Assembly: GCA_964502615.1 (NCBI GenBank)
Contig: CAZCXF010000003.1
Coordinates: 8,962 to 72,961 of the forward strand
DNA: 64,000 nt
Direction of reading: 5' to 3'
Source: an uncultured Candidatus Saccharibacteria bacterium
GTDB taxonomy: Bacteria > Patescibacteriota > Minisyncoccia > Phycocordibacterales > UBA9973
Translations under genes and position numbers: made by a program
The notes under the pieces: model-generated
What the model was told of the DNA's origin: nothing
Database searches by the model: none
What the model saw: the letters and a program-made list of their open reading frames with translations, nothing else
Shown here: piece after piece, positions 18,531 to 29,100 of the stretch
Position numbering within the stretch: position 1 is the first letter of the stretch
How the letters are laid out: each line of letters begins with the position of its first letter

Positions 18531-20447
18531 TTACAGGTAAACCACCCTCTCTCCATTTTTTGGTCCACCTTGATCAAACGAAGTTAGATGCTCTGGGATA
18601 TCGTAAATAAATTCACTCGGAGTATTTACTTGCCTATTTCCAAATATTGTTCGAAGAGATGCATATGATAAATACAATTTACGTCTTGCTCTTGTTAATG
18701 CTACATAGAATAATCTCCTCTCTTCTTCAGAGTCTTCTTTAGATTTTCCATCCATTCTTGTGTGTGGGAAAAGGTCTTGTTCAAGTCCAGTTATAAATAC
18801 GTATTTAAACTCAAGGCCTTTTGAAGCGTGTACTGTCATAAGTCTTACACCCTTACTCTTATGCATTAAAGTATCTTGATCACTAGCAAGACTCGCATCT
18901 TCTAGTAGTTTTTCCATTCCTTCCCCTTCCGGCATGGTATCGTATTTAGTTGCAAGGGTTACAAGCTCTTTCATGTTTTCTAAACGTTCAAGATCATCTG
19001 ATGCTCCTTTAGATAATTCTTCTTCAAGTCCGCTTTCTTTTATAACGAATTTTATAGATTCTGATGGAGTGTGACTGTCAGTGTATTCTCGTATTTTATC
19101 TAAAAGAATATAAAATTTATTTATTTTTTCCTGCATTGCTTTAGGAAGATCACTAAAATTTCCAGCAAAAAGTTTTGTTAGAGTTACTTTTCCAATTCCT
19201 CGTGTAGGTGTATTTATAATTCTTTTTATATCTGAGAGACTTTCTTTATTGTAAGCTGCTTTTATGTACGAAAGGATATCTTTTACTTCTCGACGCTCAA
19301 AGAATTTTATTCCAAGGACTTGATAAGGTATTTGTCTTCCGAGTAAAGCTTCTTCAAGTACTCGGGACTGAAAGTTTGCTCTATATAAAACTGCAATTTC
19401 TTCTGGATCTATGTCTTTCTTTAATAAGTCATCAATTTTCTCAGCAACAAACTCTGCTTCTACTATTTCATCGTAAGCTTCGTAAATGTCTATAGATTCA
19501 CCATCTACATTTTCAGTAAATAATGTTTTATCTACTCGATATTGATTTTTCTTTATCACGCTATTTGCAGCACTAATTATATTTTTTGTGGATCTATAAT
19601 TTTGTTCAAGCATTATAACTTTTGCACTTGGAAAATCTTTTTCGAAATGAAGCATGTTTTTTATATTTGCTCCACGCCAGCTATAAATATTTTGATCTGT
19701 ATCACCAACCACACAAATATTTTCATCTTTGTTTACTAATAGTTTTGTAAGCTCATACTGAACTTCATTTGTGTCCTGGTATTCATCTATATGTATGTAC
19801 TTCCATTTTGCTTGGTAACTATTTTTTACCTCAGGATATTTTTTTAAGATTAAAACTGTTTGAAGAAGCAGATCATCAAAATCAAGTGCTCTCTCCTCTT
19901 TTAACTTTCTTTCATAATCTCGCCAAATAACAGCAACTATACTTTGCATAGCTCCATTTACATTTTGGCTAAAAGTTTCAGATGTTATAAAATCTCCTTT
20001 TGATTTAGAAATAATACTTTTTATCTTACGAGGTTCGTACTGTTTTGGGTCTATCCCCCTCTCTTTCATACTATCTTTTATTATTACTAGCGCGTCGTGT
20101 TCGTCAGCAATAGCAAAATGTTTAGTCAGGCCTATCAAGTGAGCATTTTCTTTTATGATATATACACCTAGAGAGTGAAATGTTGATATAAAAGGTAAGC
20201 TATTTTGCCCATGAACAGGATCATTTAAAAGGTTTGCGACCCTGTCTCGCATTTCTTTTGCAGCCTTGTTTGTAAATGTAACTGCAAGTATTTGGCTTGG
20301 ATCTATTCCTTGGTGGATCAAGTGAATTATCCTATGAGTTATAGTCTTTGTCTTACCAGCTCCTGCTCCAGCTACAATCAAAAGAGGCCCCTCCGTATAA
20401 AGGACAGCCTCTTTTTGTTTATCGTTTAAGGATTCTAAGTAATTCAT
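18531..20447 (-). CDS. pcrA: UvrD/PcrA-family ATP-dependent DNA helicase
   Basis: N-terminal LLIVAGAGAGKTKTITHRI Walker A and UvrD helicase motifs throughout. Confidence 0.85.
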   Translation of the reverse strand: MNYLESLNDKQKEAVLYTEGPLLIVAGAGAGKTKTITHRIIHLIHQGIDPSQILAVTFTNKAAKEMRDRVANLLNDPVHGQNSLPFISTFHSLGVYIIKENAHLIGLTKHFAIADEHDALVIIKDSMKERGIDPKQYEPRKIKSIISKSKGDFITSETFSQNVNGAMQSIVAVIWRDYERKLKEERALDFDDLLLQTVLILKKYPEVKNSYQAKWKYIHIDEYQDTNEVQYELTKLLVNKDENICVVGDTDQNIYSWRGANIKNMLHFEKDFPSAKVIMLEQNYRSTKNIISAANSVIKKNQYRVDKTLFTENVDGESIDIYEAYDEIVEAEFVAEKIDDLLKKDIDPEEIAVLYRANFQSRVLEEALLGRQIPYQVLGIKFFERREVKDILSYIKAAYNKESLSDIKRIINTPTRGIGKVTLTKLFAGNFSDLPKAMQEKINKFYILLDKIREYTDSHTPSESIKFVIKESGLEEELSKGASDDLERLENMKELVTLATKYDTMPEGEGMEKLLEDASLASDQDTLMHKSKGVRLMTVHASKGLEFKYVFITGLEQDLFPHTRMDGKSKEDSEEERRLFYVALTRARRKLYLSYASLRTIFGNRQVNTPSEFIYDIPEHLTSFDQGGPKNGERVVYL

Positions 20448-20486
20448 TAGTACCCTATTGTAACATTTTTATTAACCTTCTCAATT

Positions 20487-23400
20487 TTACCTTTCATATA
20501 TACGGCGTGTAGGAGAAATTGAACGCATCATCTTGTCTTGGCTAGGTACATCTCCTTCATAGTCTCTACTCCATGAATCTCTATCATTCCAATCTATTGG
20601 CCTCTTGAAACCATAAAGTGTATTATCGTCAGCCTTATATACTTTCTCTGTTATACGTTTTATGTATGTTTCCATATTTTCATTACCAATAGGTTTTTCG
20701 TTTCCAAGCGTGTGTTCAACTTTGTCCACGAATTTCTCATAGTCTTTACTACCTACAAGTTTCTTATAGAATCCAGATAAACGTTCCACTTCATTTCTGT
20801 GTGAGAATGAATATGTTCCAGTTAGTGGATTTTGACTAATGATTCCTTTTCTTACAAGTTTATCTAAATCTGCTTTTGGTAAATTGTTTCCATTTAGAAA
20901 ATCTTCTTGCATGAAATATTTTGCCGGTATTTTTTCTACAATTTTCCATTCCTCGGTAGGTCTAAAGTATTCTTGTGTAACTCTCACGTCTGGACCCGGA
21001 ACATTTCTTCCAAGAACTGGATCATAAATAACTTTAGGTACATTTTCTACTCGGACATTTGTTCCAAATAGTTGTTGCAGTTCACGCTCTTTATTGAAGT
21101 CTTCATAAGAATCAAAGTTTAAACCTTTTTGTTCAAACATCTGATCGTTCGCGGTATTCCAATCATCATATTTTAGACCATCTTTAGTGTCATCAATTGT
21201 TGGATATTCAGGTTTGTCTATTAAAACGGTTTTATTTCCAAAAGTTTGCCTTATCTCTCTGGCTGTTTCTAAATGCCTAGGATCTGATTCTATTGGTAAA
21301 CCTTCACCAGTGCTATTGTTTACAGCGTTTTCATAAACGCCATTACCTTTATTGGTAAATATTGCTTCTCTATCTGTCATAGGTACTTCTCTTGAAGTCG
21401 TTCCAGGATTTGGTCCACCTTTAATTGCACCAGATCTAGGATAAACATTTCCCGTTTCCTCTCCTGTATTGTATCCACCTACAGCCTCAGTAGGTTTTAT
21501 TATTTTCCCAGATCCTATACCTTCGTTACTAAAACCATCTGGCTGTGTCGGACGAACATTGTTATCCATAATTATGGGTGTCTCTGTTTTAGTAACTGTA
21601 CCAAGTCCATACTCATCAACTTTTTCTGCTGTAATACTTGGTCCAGAAATCTTACGAGCCCCAGATAGATCAATATCATTTTCTTCCACCTTAGGAGTAG
21701 GCACTGTGTCTATGTTTACTGGTGCTGTTGTTCCTGTCACTTGGTGCGCTCCGGATAGATCAATAGATTCATTATTTACTGTTGAGTTTAATTCTGTTCC
21801 ATTCAGTGCAACGTTCTCAGTATTAACTCCTTCTTGGAAATCTACATTTTCTGTTTTTATTGCTGACTCATCTAATATAGTTGATTCTGTTGAAATTTTT
21901 GCAGTACTAATTATGTCTTTATCGTCTAGTTTTATATTTTTATTGAAATTATCTTCAACGACTGGAGATTTTGAGATATCAGCAACCTTTTCTAATTTTG
22001 GAGCAACTTTAATTTTTGGACTTCCATCTGCTTTGACTGTTGGTTGATCGTCTACAGGTACTTTCACTTCTGCTTTAGGAGTTGGTGGTAGAGTATCGTT
22101 TAAATTAGTTTGTGTAGTTATGTGAGCACTGTCTGGAATATTTGCTGGTACAGTATTAACATTAACGGTATCTTTTATTGAAGATGTTAATACACTATCC
22201 TTGCTTGGTAGATTCTGTAACATCTCATTGTTACTAACCTTTGTCATACCGATAGCCCCTGCAACTTTATCTTGGTGGTGCCCCAAAATACTACTCCAGT
22301 TAATAGTAAGGCCAAGTCTCTCTTGTATGTCACGGATTTCATAAGCCAAACCAGAAAATGTTGCTGCAACTAAAGCACCACGGATTATTTCATGTTTCTT
22401 AAATGCTGCTTGTTTGTCATCGAACCCAATTTCATTCTTCTGTCTCAATCTCTCAAGAATAACTGCTACATCTCTGTTGTCTTCTTGGATTAAGTCTCTA
22501 AGTTGTCTTTTCTCCATTCTTGAAGAACCATCCATACTCATGACCTTAATTTCTATTAGCTCATCTGGTATATCTGCAAAGTTTGGTTTGTTTGCTTGTA
22601 TTTCAACAGCTGCTTTAGACAAAAGTCTTAGCATTTCATAGTTTATTCCAACTGGATTATTAGTACCATAGTTTATAAGACCTTCTTCTAATTTACTTCT
22701 TATATAGTTTGAGCGTCTCTCAAGTTCAAGTATTAATCTTGCCTTTTCTCCAGGATTTGTAGTTCCTCCAATTTTATTTAATATATTTTCCAATCTTTGT
22801 ATTTGACTGTCCGCATCTATAAATCCTGCTACTTCTCGAGCATTTACGTCTTTACCAGATATCACTTTGGAAGCTTCTTTTAATATCTTGCCTTTAAGCT
22901 CCATATCTTTACTTGAGTTCTTGTCTTCAAAAATTTGCCCAGGCTGGTAGGGTTTACCATTGGCCATTATAGGAGTTCCTTGTTCATCAAGCATTACATT
23001 TCCAGCATCATCTTTTTTAAAGTTGTTGCTGTACTTCTCTCTTGCGAGCATCCTTTCCTCCCTAGTCATCTCTCTAAAAGTTTTACCTTCTCTTCCCTCA
23101 CTAAAAGCTTTGTTTATTTTTTGTTCAGCTTTTCTTTTTGCTCTAAGTGCTCCTATTGTCGCTGCTGTGATAGGACCTGCTAATGTTGCAAATCCTCTCA
23201 ATGCCCACCTGCTGGCATATCCTAACCCCATATAACTTGCTCTCCACAAGTTTTCATTATTTGCCAGCTTTTTCCAGGATGAAGATTCTTGTAATTTTTC
23301 CATTTCCAAGATTGCATCTGGGCTCGTATTTGTAAATTGCATCATAGATATCTTGTAGTCTTTCTCACACATGAATGTTTGTGCTTTTTCTACAGCAAGT

Positions 23401-24401
23401 GAAGCCTCCATTCCTTCATCTTTGTATTTTTTCGCACGTAAATCTATGACTTTCTTTTTTGCTTCGTTATATTCATGCTCAAGCAAAATATATTTATCGT
23501 AATTTTTCTCACTACCGAGCCCTTTTGCAGCTCTTTCATTTTTCCATGAATCTGGCATTTTTGAGAATTCATTTGCTTTTTCGTTATATTTTTCTACAGC
23601 TTCTTTAACTTCAGGAGACATAGCAGGATCAATTTGTATAAACTCTATGCTTGGCTTACCAGCATTATCAATCACTTTCAAATTAAGCTCAGACATTCTT
23701 TTTGTTAAAGCTCCCAATACTTCTTCGTCGGGCTTGAGTTTTCCTGATCTAAAATCTTCCAAAGCTTCTTTACTTTGTGAATTTACGTAAGATGATTTCC
23801 ATATCTTTTTCCATACTTTACCAAGAGCACTAGGACGCCACTTAAATACGTTAAATGTTCCATTTATTTTGTTTTTTTCATTAAATCTTTTTTCTCCCTC
23901 TTTTTTTACATCAACAAATATTTGCTGAGATGCTTGTTCTATAACCAACATTTTTTGTGGTTCAGTTAGAGTTGCCCATTCTGGTATAGATTCAAAATCT
24001 TTTTCTTTTAGACCAACCTTCCTTAGTTTTTTACCAAGTAAAGTGCTGGCATTTCTGGCTTCTTCTTCTGCTTCCTTCTTTTCCAAATGTTCTTCAATGC
24101 TTTGTTTTATAACTTCAGCTTGCTCTTCATTTGTTTTCTTCGTTTCCTCTGCTTGCTCGGCAATTGTCTTTTTTAGTTCCTCTTTGAGGTTTCCTATCTT
24201 TATTTTCTCTCTGAATGTATCAATAGTAACTTGGTCAAATCCTAGATTGATAAGCCCTGCATCGCTTTCTCCGGATTTGATTGCCATAGTAAGAATCATT
24301 TCTTTACTACTACCGATCTGGCTCTTCAGTTGCGCAGAAATAGCCTTATTTTCATCTAATTTTTTCTGAGCCTCTTCTTTTGTTAATCCTTCAATTGCCA
24401 T
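20487..24401 (-). CDS. giant (1304 aa) protein of unknown function, coiled-coil N-terminus, one internal hydrophobic segment
   Basis: No signal peptide, no nucleotide-binding motifs; long Lys/Glu-rich coiled-coil; hydrophobic stretch GLGYASRWALRGFATLAGPITAATIGAL. Confidence 0.4.
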   Translation of the reverse strand: MAIEGLTKEEAQKKLDENKAISAQLKSQIGSSKEMILTMAIKSGESDAGLINLGFDQVTIDTFREKIKIGNLKEELKKTIAEQAEETKKTNEEQAEVIKQSIEEHLEKKEAEEEARNASTLLGKKLRKVGLKEKDFESIPEWATLTEPQKMLVIEQASQQIFVDVKKEGEKRFNEKNKINGTFNVFKWRPSALGKVWKKIWKSSYVNSQSKEALEDFRSGKLKPDEEVLGALTKRMSELNLKVIDNAGKPSIEFIQIDPAMSPEVKEAVEKYNEKANEFSKMPDSWKNERAAKGLGSEKNYDKYILLEHEYNEAKKKVIDLRAKKYKDEGMEASLAVEKAQTFMCEKDYKISMMQFTNTSPDAILEMEKLQESSSWKKLANNENLWRASYMGLGYASRWALRGFATLAGPITAATIGALRAKRKAEQKINKAFSEGREGKTFREMTREERMLAREKYSNNFKKDDAGNVMLDEQGTPIMANGKPYQPGQIFEDKNSSKDMELKGKILKEASKVISGKDVNAREVAGFIDADSQIQRLENILNKIGGTTNPGEKARLILELERRSNYIRSKLEEGLINYGTNNPVGINYEMLRLLSKAAVEIQANKPNFADIPDELIEIKVMSMDGSSRMEKRQLRDLIQEDNRDVAVILERLRQKNEIGFDDKQAAFKKHEIIRGALVAATFSGLAYEIRDIQERLGLTINWSSILGHHQDKVAGAIGMTKVSNNEMLQNLPSKDSVLTSSIKDTVNVNTVPANIPDSAHITTQTNLNDTLPPTPKAEVKVPVDDQPTVKADGSPKIKVAPKLEKVADISKSPVVEDNFNKNIKLDDKDIISTAKISTESTILDESAIKTENVDFQEGVNTENVALNGTELNSTVNNESIDLSGAHQVTGTTAPVNIDTVPTPKVEENDIDLSGARKISGPSITAEKVDEYGLGTVTKTETPIIMDNNVRPTQPDGFSNEGIGSGKIIKPTEAVGGYNTGEETGNVYPRSGAIKGGPNPGTTSREVPMTDREAIFTNKGNGVYENAVNNSTGEGLPIESDPRHLETAREIRQTFGNKTVLIDKPEYPTIDDTKDGLKYDDWNTANDQMFEQKGLNFDSYEDFNKERELQQLFGTNVRVENVPKVIYDPVLGRNVPGPDVRVTQEYFRPTEEWKIVEKIPAKYFMQEDFLNGNNLPKADLDKLVRKGIISQNPLTGTYSFSHRNEVERLSGFYKKLVGSKDYEKFVDKVEHTLGNEKPIGNENMETYIKRITEKVYKADDNTLYGFKRPIDWNDRDSWSRDYEGDVPSQDKMMRSISPTRRIYER

Positions 24402-24421
24402 ATAGTTAATTTTACTTTAGT

Positions 24422-24985
24422 TTATTTCTTTTTACTATTAAAAACTTCGTCTATGTCTCCTGCATTAAAACCCTCTGCTAGTAACTCCTTTTTACTTAAT
24501 CCAGCTTCCCTACCTTTCGCAATCGCCTCCATAGCTTTCTTTTTTAACTGTTCCAGCTTTTCCATTTCCTCTTGTTTGGCGATAAACTCTTCAAGCTCCT
24601 TATTCTCCTTATCCAATTGAGCGAGTTGTTTTTCTATTTCGATTACTTTTTGCATTTCCTCATAAAGTTGTTTCCGTAGTTCCTCATTGTTTTGAATTAC
24701 CTCGGAATCTTCTTCTGGTTCGACGACGTCTTCAGTATCAGGGTTTTCAGTGTAGTTCTCTTCTGTTTGTGAATCACCGGGATTAGTGTCATGAAGTACG
24801 ATAGGATGTGATATTTCGTCAGGTTGTACCTCTCCTGGAATTACTTGTTTACTAGAATTGTCTAACTTTTTTTCATTTAGCTGTGCCATCAATTCTTCCT
24901 CCTCAAGCAAAAGAGCATCCAGTTCTTCTTTGGCTTTATCTTTATCGGTTGGTATTGGTGGTTGGTTAAATTTGGCTTGATTCAT
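24422..24985 (-). CDS. acidic coiled-coil protein
   Basis: 187 aa, Glu/Lys-rich heptad-like; overlaps upstream gene end by 20 nt (translational coupling). Confidence 0.3.
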   Translation of the reverse strand: MNQAKFNQPPIPTDKDKAKEELDALLLEEEELMAQLNEKKLDNSSKQVIPGEVQPDEISHPIVLHDTNPGDSQTEENYTENPDTEDVVEPEEDSEVIQNNEELRKQLYEEMQKVIEIEKQLAQLDKENKELEEFIAKQEEMEKLEQLKKKAMEAIAKGREAGLSKKELLAEGFNAGDIDEVFNSKKK

Positions 24986-27173
24986 AGCTACGGTTGTTCA
25001 TTACATTATAAACTTCCTCTAAATTTTCGTCTTTTATCCCTTGCTCTTTGAAGAACGTTCTTACTTGTTCTAATGCCAACTCCTTATCCTTATATGATCT
25101 GTATGCATCTTGGTAAGATATTGTTTTTAATAGTGTCTTACCCTTACCTGTAATGCTATCGCTACTGACTTTATTATACAGTTTTTTCTTAATAAGTTCT
25201 TGTATTTGTTTCCATACCTCATCATCAAGATCTTCTTTCTTTTTTACTTGAGTTGAATCAGGGTGTTTTTTTATATAGTTGTCTCGAATAATTTTATGAG
25301 TTGTTATATTTTCAAATTTTATACCATATTTCTCAATACGGGGACGTAAGTATTCAAGAAGACTCTCTAGTTGAGCAATTGTAAACTGAGTATGGTTTTT
25401 TGTATCGCCCTCCATCTCAACCCCAAGTGAAAAATAGTTGACTGCATTACGATTATTAAAATCACTCTTTCCAGCGTGTGCCAATACTGAGTTGTCGGTA
25501 TTAAATAAGTATCGAGTTCCATCTTTCATAATTACTACATGAGAAGAAGTATTTGATTCTGGGTTTTTAAATTGTCTTATAATGCTGTCTGCCTCTTCGT
25601 ATTCGCCAGTATGGTGAATCACAATAACCTGCTTCTCATTTATTGCAGGTTTATGAGTAATGCTATCTAGCGTAAAGTTTGGGGTATAGTTTTGATATTC
25701 TTTATATTTATTTTTGTATTCATATGGAGATATTCTTTCATCATTAATTAAAACAAGAGCTGTACCCCCATCGGTGTTTCTAAGTAAATGTTTTTTAATT
25801 TCTTCTGTTGTTATTTTTTGGTCGTTGTCCCAAATAGGAAGATTGTATGACCCATTGTCTAAGAGAAAAGCTTGGATAGGTACACCCCTGTATTCATTTT
25901 GCAGTCTTTGATAAACATGATACATATCACTAAATGATCCATTAACCTGAAGTTGTTTGTCTCCACAGACCATGATTATTTTTCCACCCTCAAGCGTTCC
26001 AAAATGTGTACAGTCTGATGGTTTAGTAGCTTTTAGATTTTTATCTACACTTACCCCTATAGGGAATGGAATTTCTTTACCTTTCTCATTTATAGAAACA
26101 GGCACCATTCGCAAGGCTTGTTCATGATAGACAAGATTTAATGTTGAATCAGGATTCAATTTAAAGTTGAGAGGTATTTCGTATGTTTCAGACACCATCC
26201 AATCATCGTTAAATTCTTTATAATGACCGGCTTTAATTTGCTGTGTTTTTGTGTTGTATCCTACAACTGGTATATCACCAATCTTTTCAGCACCTAATCC
26301 AGTATGTCCCTTGAGAGCTGGACTGAATTCCCCATAGCTATAAAATTTCTTAAATAAATTTGTTGTTATACCTGCTGCTGAATCTATATCACTATAATTT
26401 TCACGGTCATTTATCAATTTAAACCTAGGAGGAGTTCTATCGCTTAGGTCAAAAACTGATGTTTTGTAATAACCAAACTTGTAATCTATTTTATGTTCCC
26501 CTATAAAGTCATAAGTACTTCTCTCAACATTTGTTGAGTCTCCAATTTTATTTACATCATATCCTTCACTGATACCTACGATTTTTGGATCATCCTTACC
26601 TTCCTTATCCATATGTCTTTCTTTCCAGTTTTTCCAGAGTTGCCAATATTCTTGGGGGGTATGATAAGAAAGTGCAACACTAGCACTTACGCCAGCAGAT
26701 AAAGTTAAAAGACGAATAGAACCACGTAACCATTTATTTTTCTGATTCCAAAACTTGTTGGCAATTTTCATCCATAATGGACCAACTTTTCCAGAATGTA
26801 CTTTATCCAAAGTGTCTGCCAGTATTTTAGTCAACTCTTCGGGTGTTTTACTTTCTTTATCTAAAAAATCTTCCCTCTTTTCTTTTGCTAACTTATTTAA
26901 AGCAAAAATTACTTCTTTTGTACTCTCTTCATTTAACTTATTAAATTCTTGGAGAATAGTATTTTCGTTTTCTTCTTCAACTAATTCAGTTGCAATTTCT
27001 GTATTTTTTTCATTGTTTTTTAAAATTTCTTGTGGTTTTTCTTCTGTTATAATTTTTTCAAGTAAAGCCTTTCTTCCTCTAATATATTCTAATCTCTCTA
27101 GCAATAAATCCCTCTCATTTTTTTCTTGAAGGTTATCACCTGGCTTTTTTATTGAATCAATATTGTCTGTCAT
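24966..27173 (-). CDS. membrane-anchored N-acetylmuramoyl-L-alanine amidase (Amidase_2/PGRP domain) with N-terminal coiled coil
   Basis: C-terminal VIVIHHTG...LAHAGKS...NYFSLGVEMEGD...ITTHKII matches Amidase_2 zinc amidase pattern; TM helix near aa 150-170. Confidence 0.6.
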   Translation of the reverse strand: MTDNIDSIKKPGDNLQEKNERDLLLERLEYIRGRKALLEKIITEEKPQEILKNNEKNTEIATELVEEENENTILQEFNKLNEESTKEVIFALNKLAKEKREDFLDKESKTPEELTKILADTLDKVHSGKVGPLWMKIANKFWNQKNKWLRGSIRLLTLSAGVSASVALSYHTPQEYWQLWKNWKERHMDKEGKDDPKIVGISEGYDVNKIGDSTNVERSTYDFIGEHKIDYKFGYYKTSVFDLSDRTPPRFKLINDRENYSDIDSAAGITTNLFKKFYSYGEFSPALKGHTGLGAEKIGDIPVVGYNTKTQQIKAGHYKEFNDDWMVSETYEIPLNFKLNPDSTLNLVYHEQALRMVPVSINEKGKEIPFPIGVSVDKNLKATKPSDCTHFGTLEGGKIIMVCGDKQLQVNGSFSDMYHVYQRLQNEYRGVPIQAFLLDNGSYNLPIWDNDQKITTEEIKKHLLRNTDGGTALVLINDERISPYEYKNKYKEYQNYTPNFTLDSITHKPAINEKQVIVIHHTGEYEEADSIIRQFKNPESNTSSHVVIMKDGTRYLFNTDNSVLAHAGKSDFNNRNAVNYFSLGVEMEGDTKNHTQFTIAQLESLLEYLRPRIEKYGIKFENITTHKIIRDNYIKKHPDSTQVKKKEDLDDEVWKQIQELIKKKLYNKVSSDSITGKGKTLLKTISYQDAYRSYKDKELALEQVRTFFKEQGIKDENLEEVYNVMNNRSYESSQI

Positions 27174-27287
27174 CTCTGTTTAGACATTGTAATAGGTCTA
27201 TATTATAAAGTAAATAAATAATTTTGTCAAATCAGTATAATATTACTTTGTTTATAAGCCTTATTTTATCATTAAAGTAAATAAAAA

Positions 27288-27323
27288 ACACCCTAAAGTT
27301 ATTGTCCAAGACTTTAACTTTAG
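27288..27323 (-). terminator. rho-independent terminator of the 27346-28110 gene
   Basis: Perfect 10-bp stem ccctaaagtt/aactttaggg followed by T-run on minus strand. Confidence 0.7.
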
Positions 27324-27345
27324 GGCGTGGGTACGGATCAATGAA

Positions 27346-28110
27346 TTATTTTATCACGATCACATTACTTTGTTTCTGGCGGAACATTCCGCCAACCTGC
27401 TGGCCGTTAAGGATCATCGGTGTGTAAGCTGCGCTTGGAAGAATAGCGGCTGTTATTGTACTTTCGTAAATAAAGCTTTTAGTCTCCAACTTCTCACGGG
27501 CCCAACCTTTCAGGATTTTTAAGGCCTGATCAAGGGGCATGGCGTTCATGGTAACGATGGAGATATCTCTGCCAGTAGTAAATGTCTTAGCGCTGTCTTT
27601 GAGTGTTTTACCCCATTCTTTTTGAACCAGGAATCTCCAGTTTGTTGACTTTGACGGCAGCTTTTTCATTTCAGCAGTGTCCACATCATTTTTCCACATT
27701 GGAAGGTAAACCTGAATTGATTTAACACCATCGTCCTCACCCTCAACTCTCAGAATCCCGTCTGCATAAAAATTGATCCAACCGGAAGGTTGGAATTTAG
27801 GGTCAACTGATCCTAAATTATTTCCATTGTCCAATGCTTGGCCGGAAATGGAGTCAGTGGGTGTGGAATAGGTTCCGGTCAGGACCAGGCTGTAGCCTTT
27901 GAAATTTTCGGGCTTCGGGTAAAACAGAATGTCTGCTTTGTTATCCGGTTTTTCAACCGTTATCACAGAGCCCACCGGTACATTATCAGATACAAGCGAC
28001 CAGGTTTTTACTGAACCGCAGTCAGCGATCGGTTTCAGACTTGTGGTTTGAGCATTTACTGTTGCATTCAGGGCAGTCACCATTACCAGGGCAAAAATTA
28101 CCTTTTTCAT
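27346..28110 (-). CDS. secreted protein of unknown function, compositionally foreign (elevated GC)
   Basis: Signal peptide MKKVIFALVMVTALNATVNA; GC visibly higher than flanks; own promoter region and rho-independent terminator. Confidence 0.45.
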   Translation of the reverse strand: MKKVIFALVMVTALNATVNAQTTSLKPIADCGSVKTWSLVSDNVPVGSVITVEKPDNKADILFYPKPENFKGYSLVLTGTYSTPTDSISGQALDNGNNLGSVDPKFQPSGWINFYADGILRVEGEDDGVKSIQVYLPMWKNDVDTAEMKKLPSKSTNWRFLVQKEWGKTLKDSAKTFTTGRDISIVTMNAMPLDQALKILKGWAREKLETKSFIYESTITAAILPSAAYTPMILNGQQVGGMFRQKQSNVIVIK

Positions 28111-28262
28111 GTTGTTTTTTATATTTGTTTTGGGTTTAAGTTACAAATTTCTAGGTATATTTTATATACTCAAAAACTTGTAACCCAAACTAAACAAAGT
28201 ATCAAAGATCACATATTGCTGTATATAATAGCATAAATAAACAAAAAAGTCAAGTAATATCA

Positions 28263-28292
28263 ATAAAAAATCCCGCTTTTGCAAGCGGGCCT
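28263..28292 (-). terminator. rho-independent terminator of GH25 gene
   Basis: cccgctt-ttgc-aagcggg hairpin followed by T6 on minus strand. Confidence 0.7.
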
Positions 28293-28311
28293 TCGACATA
28301 ATATGCCGGTA

Positions 28312-29070
28312 CTATTTTTTCAGTAGCAATGAGTCAAAAACTTTCAGAGGTATATTATTACCATCAACTTTCTTTTTTATCCCCTTGATACTTACTTTGT
28401 CGGTGAATTGATGGATCAAAGCCTTTTTGATGTCAGGATCATCAAAATAGTCTTTTTTCGAATCTCCATAAGCTGCCAACCACAAAGGATACTTATTGAA
28501 AGCCGTATCTTCCTTGAAATTGTTTCGGTAAAAATTTAAGCTAGTGTAAATTACCGGAACAACTCTATGTTTTTGGGCTACAGTATCGAGAAGGAATTTA
28601 AACCTCTTTTTCAAAGAATCGGTTAATAAAATATCCTTCTTACGATTGGTACTATCTCCTTCTTCAATGTCTATAATTGGGCGGAAGTCACCCTTGATCA
28701 GTATCATAGACATTGAAAGATAGTTCATTGCTTGTGAGTCAACCGGTTGACTGGGCACAAAGTAGTGATATGCACCAACTCTGTAACCTCTCGATTTTGC
28801 TTCGGCGAAATTCTTCAAAAATGTAGAATCTCTGTACGAAACTCCTCTGGTTGCTCGACAAACTACGAATTTAACCGGATGCTCATTTGCTATTGAGTCC
28901 CATATGATACAGGTTCCCTGGTGATGGGATATGTCTATTCCAAATGCCACTTCAGGTGCTTTAGGTTTTTTCTTCATTGCAGTTTTAGTTTCAAAAACAA
29001 GCAATGCAATTAAAAAGATTGCAGTAAAGATAATTAGTTTTTTTCTCATGATTACAAAGTTTGTAATCAA
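28312..29070 (-). CDS. glycoside hydrolase family 25 muramidase (lysozyme), secreted
   Basis: GIDISHHQG...CRATRG...GAYHYF pattern of GH25; N-terminal signal/TM. Confidence 0.65.
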   Translation of the reverse strand: MITNFVIMRKKLIIFTAIFLIALLVFETKTAMKKKPKAPEVAFGIDISHHQGTCIIWDSIANEHPVKFVVCRATRGVSYRDSTFLKNFAEAKSRGYRVGAYHYFVPSQPVDSQAMNYLSMSMILIKGDFRPIIDIEEGDSTNRKKDILLTDSLKKRFKFLLDTVAQKHRVVPVIYTSLNFYRNNFKEDTAFNKYPLWLAAYGDSKKDYFDDPDIKKALIHQFTDKVSIKGIKKKVDGNNIPLKVFDSLLLKK

Positions 29071-29100
29071 ATTAACACAAAAAAACTATAAAGTCAAGTA

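Noticed and set aside
18344-18577. 77-aa minus-strand ORF spanning the rsmA start and the GC-rich patch
   Set aside because: Overlaps the rsmA 5' end out of frame and is driven by the GC-rich palindrome; spurious.
1703-24369. Numerous 60-190 aa ORFs on the strand opposite to long, well-supported genes (e.g. 1703-2089, 2129-2488, 5671-6027, 6897-7190, 21469-22047, 24043-24369)
   Set aside because: Antisense to confidently identified CDSs, low-complexity or Ser/Phe/Leu-rich translations typical of shadow ORFs in AT-rich DNA.
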